Origin: an uncultured Gemmatimonadales bacterium
GTDB taxonomy: Bacteria; Gemmatimonadota; Gemmatimonadetes; Longimicrobiales; Gaopeijiaceae
Assembly: GCA_963823035.1 (NCBI GenBank)
Contig: CAWGKG010000021.1
Coordinates: 91,819 to 155,818 of the forward strand
DNA: 64,000 bases
Direction of reading: 5' to 3'
A program made the position numbers and the translations under genes. Positions 59,455 through 64,000 of this stretch are shown one piece after another. The stretch's first letter is position 1; every line of letters starts with the position of its first letter. The notes beneath the pieces were generated by a model. The model made no database searches. It saw only the letters and a list, made by a program, of their open reading frames with translations, and had not been told where the DNA came from.

Positions 59455-60615
59455 ATGACCGCCGTGACCATCGCCATCGACATCATGCACCATGCTCTGG
59501 GTATGGCGTGGAAGGTCGGGTGGGGCCTCGTTCTGGGCTTTGCGATCTCGGGAGCCATCCAGGCGTTCATCTCCAAGGCGCGGATCGCCGAGCATCTGGG
59601 CAAGGTGAGCTTCCGGTCGGTCGCACTCGCTGCGGGCTTCGGCGCGGCGTCGTCCTCGTGCTCCTACGCTGCGGCGGCCATGAGCAAGAGCCTCTACGAG
59701 AAGGGCGCCCATATCGTCACGGCCACGGCCTTCCTGTTCGCCTCCACCAACCTGGTGTTGGAGATCGGACTGATCATCTGGGTGCTCATGGGGTGGCGCT
59801 TCGTGGCGGCGGAGTTCTTCGGTGGCGTGCTGCTCATCGGGGTCGTGACGGTCCTCCTGAACTCGTTGGCCCCCAAGGGCGTCTTCGAGGATGCCCGGCG
59901 TCACCTGAAGGAGTCGGAGGCCCAGGACCACGACCACGGGGACGGCCAGGACCTGCCCCTGCGAAGCATCCTGACGTTCAAGGGTGTTCGGGCCGTGGCG
60001 CGCTACTACGCCATGGACTTCCGGATGGTGGGCAAGGACATCATCCTGGGCCTGATCATCGCCGGCGTCCTTGCGGCCCTGGTACCTCGGGACTTCTGGG
60101 CCACGCTGTTCCTGTCCAACCAGGGAGGTGGGCACCCGACCTTCTGGGTGAGCCTGGAGAACGCGATCGTGGGCCCCGTCATCGCCATCCTCTCCTTCGT
60201 GTGTTCCGTCGGCAACATCCCACTGGCCGCCGTTCTCTGGAACGGAGGCATCTCCTTCGGTGGCGTGGTGGCCTTCATCTTCGCGGACCTGGTGACCATC
60301 CCCATGATCCTGGTCTACCGGCGCTACTACGGGTGGCGCCCGGCGCTGGTCTACTCCGGGTACCTGCTGGTCACCATGATCGTCACCGCGCTCATGGTCG
60401 AGTACATCTTCCGCTGGACGGGGCTGGCTCCGGAAACCGTGTCGATGTCCGCGCCGACCATCCAGGATATGGACTACTTCGCGTGGGACTACACGGCCAT
60501 TCTGAACCTGGTCATCCTGCCGCTGGGGGCGTGGCTGGGTTGGATCGGCACCAGGAAGGGCGGCGGCCACGGCAAGGCGGCCGGCCACGGCGGACACGGC
60601 TCTCAGGGAGTCTGA
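59455..60615 (+). CDS. DUF318/ArsP-like permease with His-rich segments
   Basis: Multi-TM, GAASSSCSYAA, FASTNLVLE, SFVCSVGNIP, DHDHGD loop and GHGKAAGHGGHG tail. Confidence 0.88.
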   Translation: MTAVTIAIDIMHHALGMAWKVGWGLVLGFAISGAIQAFISKARIAEHLGKVSFRSVALAAGFGAASSSCSYAAAAMSKSLYEKGAHIVTATAFLFASTNLVLEIGLIIWVLMGWRFVAAEFFGGVLLIGVVTVLLNSLAPKGVFEDARRHLKESEAQDHDHGDGQDLPLRSILTFKGVRAVARYYAMDFRMVGKDIILGLIIAGVLAALVPRDFWATLFLSNQGGGHPTFWVSLENAIVGPVIAILSFVCSVGNIPLAAVLWNGGISFGGVVAFIFADLVTIPMILVYRRYYGWRPALVYSGYLLVTMIVTALMVEYIFRWTGLAPETVSMSAPTIQDMDYFAWDYTAILNLVILPLGAWLGWIGTRKGGGHGKAAGHGGHGSQGV

Positions 60616-60807
60616 CGAGAGCGCTCCCGGCGCATCGTCGAGGCCTACCGGCTCGCATGGCCCCGGGGGCGCCACGTTCCGCCCCCGTCCTCGTCGATTC
60701 CACGCACACGGCGCATGTTGGCGCCTGCACGGATTTGTACGGTCAGCCCCCCTCCTGCCCATGACCTACGCCGCCCGCCTCAGTGACACCGTCGGGTGGA
60801 CGCACCC

Positions 60808-61385
60808 ATGATGTCGAGAGCGTCCCTCGAACCGGCACCCACCGCCACGTCCCTGCGCCACTCAGGCTGGGTGCGCGCCTGTCACTGGATCGGTGCGTCT
60901 GCCCTTCTCGTCCTGGTCTTCACGGGCGTCGAGATCCTCATGGTTCACCCCCGCCTGTACTGGGGCGAAGCCGGCAACGACTTGATGCCGGCCCTCCTCG
61001 AGCTGCCCATCTCCCGCAACCTGCACCACGACGGCATCGGGGCGAGCTGGCACGCGAGCCCCTATGGGCGGACGTGCGTCGGCATCTTCGCCTTCAGATT
61101 CCGCCCGCCACGGGAGGACCCACCTACGGGGTCCTGCAACGCCTGGCCTACCTCATCGTGATCTGCGTCCTCGCGCCGCTCATGGTGGTGACCGGGCTCG
61201 CGATGTCACCGGCCATCACCGCGGCCGCGCCGTTCCTGGCGGAGATGTTCGGCGGCGCCCAATCGGCGCGTACCGTCCACTTCTTCACCTTCGCGGCGCT
61301 GGTACTCTTCTTCCTGGCGCACGTCGCGATGGTGGCCCTGTCCGGCTTCCGGCGTCACATGCGCGCCATGACGCTCGGGAGGTGA
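60808..61385 (+). pseudogene. Cytochrome b/b6-domain membrane partner, frameshift/internal deletion near 61035
   Basis: RHSGWVRACHW...HPRLYWG, then in another frame YGVLQRLAY...TGLAMSP...ARTVHF...AHV. One TM/His segment appears to be missing. Confidence 0.8.
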
Positions 61386-61389
61386 CGCC

Positions 61390-62157
61390 TTGAACGATCG
61401 CACGCCCCTCACCCGCCGGGAGCTCCTGGCCGGGCTCGCCGCGGCGGGCGGGATGATGCTCACGGGCTGCTCTCCCACCGACCCGCCGACGTACGGCAAC
61501 CTCCTGCGGGCGGGTGACCTCCTCACCTACAAGGCGCATCGCCTCCTCCTCCCCCGGCAGTCGCTGGCGAAGGAGTTCGAGCACCACGACATCACCTCCT
61601 TTCCTGCCGTGGGTACCCGTGATCCCGCCGATCCCGGCGGGGAGCTCTACGCAGCGGATCTCGGCGGCGAGTACGATCGGCTCCGTGCCGGTGGGTGGGT
61701 CGATTGGCGTCTGCGGGTGGAGGGGTTGGTGGCCCGTCCCACGGGCTTTTCCCTCGCGGACCTCCAACGGCTGGGCTCGCGTACGCAGATCACCCGCCAT
61801 TCCTGCGAAGAGGGGTGGTCGGCCATTGGCGAGTGGACGGGTGTGCCCCTGTCGGCGGTGCTCGACGCGTGCGGCGTGCTTCCCCAGGCCCGCTACGTGA
61901 GCTTCGACCCCTACGACCAGGCTGCGGACAGCATCGACATGATCGACGCGCTCCACCCGCAGACCATCCTCGCCTGGGGCATGAACGGCCGCCAGCTCCC
62001 CCAGGCCCACGGCGCGCCGCTCCGGCTCCGCGTAGAGCGCCAGATCGGGTACAAGAGCGTCAAGTTCCTGCGCCGCATCCGGGTCACGGAGGCCTTCGAC
62101 GACTTCGGCGGCGCCGGGCCCATGGACTTCGGGTGGGCGTGGTACGTGGGGATCTGA
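61390..62157 (+). CDS. Sulfite-oxidase-family molybdopterin oxidoreductase (MsrP-like), Tat lipoprotein-like signal
   Basis: TRRELL...MLTGC, WRLRVEGLV, HSCEEGWS (Mo ligand Cys) and HGAPLRLRVERQIGYKSVK. Confidence 0.92.
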   Translation: MNDRTPLTRRELLAGLAAAGGMMLTGCSPTDPPTYGNLLRAGDLLTYKAHRLLLPRQSLAKEFEHHDITSFPAVGTRDPADPGGELYAADLGGEYDRLRAGGWVDWRLRVEGLVARPTGFSLADLQRLGSRTQITRHSCEEGWSAIGEWTGVPLSAVLDACGVLPQARYVSFDPYDQAADSIDMIDALHPQTILAWGMNGRQLPQAHGAPLRLRVERQIGYKSVKFLRRIRVTEAFDDFGGAGPMDFGWAWYVGI

Positions 62158-62291
62158 CCCACCGCGGGATCCCGCTCCGCGCGCGCTCGCGATCCCGGGG
62201 GAGTGGCGGTAATGTCGCGTTGCGCCGACCCCTGCCGTGTGGCTCCGGCTCGGTCGCGCCGAACCGTTCCTCCTACATGCCAGGCTTTCCC

Positions 62292-64000
62292 ATGCGTTGC
62301 TACCGGGTTCTTCCCGTCATCGCCGGAGCTCTCCTGTTCGGTGGTGCGATCCCTGCGACCGGCCAGACCGCGGACTCCGCGACCCTCGCCGGACTCAGTT
62401 GGCGTACCGTTGGACCGGCCAACTTCGACGGCCGCGTCAATGCCGTCGCCGGCATCGGATTTCCCTCCAAGACGTTCTACGTCGGAGCCGCCGGCGGCGG
62501 CGTCTGGAAGACGACCAACAACGGAACCACGTTCCGACCCCTGTTCACCGAAGAGTCGACCGCGTCCGTCGGCGCCATCGCCGTCGCCCAGTCGGATACC
62601 AACGTCGTGTGGGTGGGCACGGGCGACCCGAACAGCCGCAACACCATCGAGCCGGGCGACGGCGTCTACAAGTCCACCGATGGCGGGATGACGTGGAAGT
62701 CGATGGGCTTCGAGGATGGACAGATGGTCGGGAACATCGCCATCGACCCCACCAACGCCGACGTCGTGTACGTCGCCGAGTTGGGCCACGCCTGGGACGA
62801 CAAGGGCGAGCGCGGGCTGTTCAAGACCACCGACGGCGGCGACACCTGGAAACGCATCAAGTACATCGACGCAAAGACCGGCTTCGTCGACGTGAAGATC
62901 GATCCGTCGAACCCGAACAACCTCTTCGCGGCCGCGTGGCAGCGCGTCCGTGGCCCGTACTTCCTCAGGTCGGGCGGTCCCGGATCCGGGCTGTGGCACA
63001 GCACCGACGGCGGCGAAACGTGGACCGAGGTGAAGGGCGGGGGCTTTCCCTCGACCGACAAGGGGCGCATGACGGTCGCCTTTTCGCGCAGTCAGCCGAG
63101 GATCGTGTACGCGCTGGTCGAGGCCGATTCGCTACGGGGCGGGAACCACCCGGTCCTGGCGCCCGCCAGCGACTCCATCGGTGACACGCCCAAGAAGCCC
63201 GAGGCCCGGCGCCTTCTCAGCGGCCTCTACCGTTCGGAGGATGGGGGCACGACGTGGCGCTGGATGAGCGGCGAGGATACCCGCCCCTTCTATTACTCGC
63301 GCGTCGAGGTCGACCCGGAGAATCCCGATCGCGTGTACTTCTCGTCCACGCCGTTTCTGTTCTCGGACGACGGCGGCAAGACCACGCGCACGGCCACCGG
63401 CGACGTGCACGTCGACGATCACGCCATCTGGATCGATCCGGGCGACGCCAATCACTGGCTCATCGGCAACGACGGCGGTGTGGCCCAGACCTGGGATCGC
63501 GGCGGCAACTTCGACTACCTGACCAACCTGCCCATCGCGCAGTTCTACGACGTGAGCTACGACTTCGCGATGCCGTACAACGTGTGCGCCGGCGCTCAGG
63601 ACAACGGAGCCTGGTGCGGGCCGAGCGCCCGCAAGCAGGGCCCGGTGACCAACGCGTACTGGTTCACGATCTCGGGCGGTGACGGGTTCTATACGGCGCA
63701 GGATCCCACCGATCCCAACATCGTCTGGGGCGAATCACAGGCGGGCGGTGTGGTGCGCCGGAATCTGAGGACCGGCGAGAGCACCCGCCTGCAGAAGCCC
63801 AGTTGGGAGGAGACGCATCGCGCGTACGAGGACTCGATCCTCGCCGTGCGCCCCGACACCACCAGGTCCGCGACGTCGGCACAGAAGCGGGAGATCGCCC
63901 GGCTGCGTGAGGCGCAGAAGCAGGATTCCATCGCTCTGGACATGCGCTACAACTGGGAGACGCCGTTCCTGATCTCCAGCTTCAATCCCCGGGTGTTCTA
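62292..64000 (+). CDS. VPS10/BNR beta-propeller glycosyl-hydrolase-like exported protein, runs off the window end (absent from ORF track)
   Basis: Manual translation from ATG 62292: MRCYRVLPVIAGALLFGG...WRTVGPANFDGRV...GGVWKTTNNGTTF...GDGVYKSTDGG...RPFYYS...HVDDHAIWIDP...GAQDNG. Confidence 0.92.
   Translation, partial: MRCYRVLPVIAGALLFGGAIPATGQTADSATLAGLSWRTVGPANFDGRVNAVAGIGFPSKTFYVGAAGGGVWKTTNNGTTFRPLFTEESTASVGAIAVAQSDTNVVWVGTGDPNSRNTIEPGDGVYKSTDGGMTWKSMGFEDGQMVGNIAIDPTNADVVYVAELGHAWDDKGERGLFKTTDGGDTWKRIKYIDAKTGFVDVKIDPSNPNNLFAAAWQRVRGPYFLRSGGPGSGLWHSTDGGETWTEVKGGGFPSTDKGRMTVAFSRSQPRIVYALVEADSLRGGNHPVLAPASDSIGDTPKKPEARRLLSGLYRSEDGGTTWRWMSGEDTRPFYYSRVEVDPENPDRVYFSSTPFLFSDDGGKTTRTATGDVHVDDHAIWIDPGDANHWLIGNDGGVAQTWDRGGNFDYLTNLPIAQFYDVSYDFAMPYNVCAGAQDNGAWCGPSARKQGPVTNAYWFTISGGDGFYTAQDPTDPNIVWGESQAGGVVRRNLRTGESTRLQKPSWEETHRAYEDSILAVRPDTTRSATSAQKREIARLREAQKQDSIALDMRYNWETPFLISSFNPRVF

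Overview
This is a very GC-rich bacterial window. The PadR/ADOP-type permeases, SusC/SusD pair, VPS10/BNR propeller proteins and PAS-HisKA-REC hybrid kinases suggest a Gemmatimonadota-like organism (inference from gene content only). I can support no rRNA, tRNA, CRISPR array, integrase or transposase. About 45 genes or gene fragments are recognisable. They include an RNA-chaperone/cold-shock group (tex, an extra infA, csp, DEAD-box helicase) interleaved with two tandem B12-radical SAM genes and a Crp regulator, plus an ornithine/lysine decarboxylase, susCD, ferritin and a Tat-type molybdo-hydroxylase pair. Further right are a cPLA2/patatin-like lipase and a PadR-ADOP operon with a visible palindromic operator. 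A STAND-LuxR regulator lies divergent from a coupled operon ending in an SDR + FAD sugar-lactone-oxidase fusion. There is also an orphan 606-aa secreted protein and a sucrose cluster in which fructokinase is fused in frame to sucrose-phosphate synthase, with MscS embedded. Major caveat: many genes carry single-base frameshifts, several are cut by abrupt deletions or gene-to-gene junctions, and tex has a diverged tandem duplication. Parts of the window are therefore probably an error-prone or chimeric long-read consensus, and all fusion and truncation claims need read-level checks. The best candidates for something new are the SDR-lactone oxidase/DedA-like operon (43124-46361), the PfkB-SPS fusion cluster (52215-59221) and the tandem B12-radical SAM pair (16199-20693).
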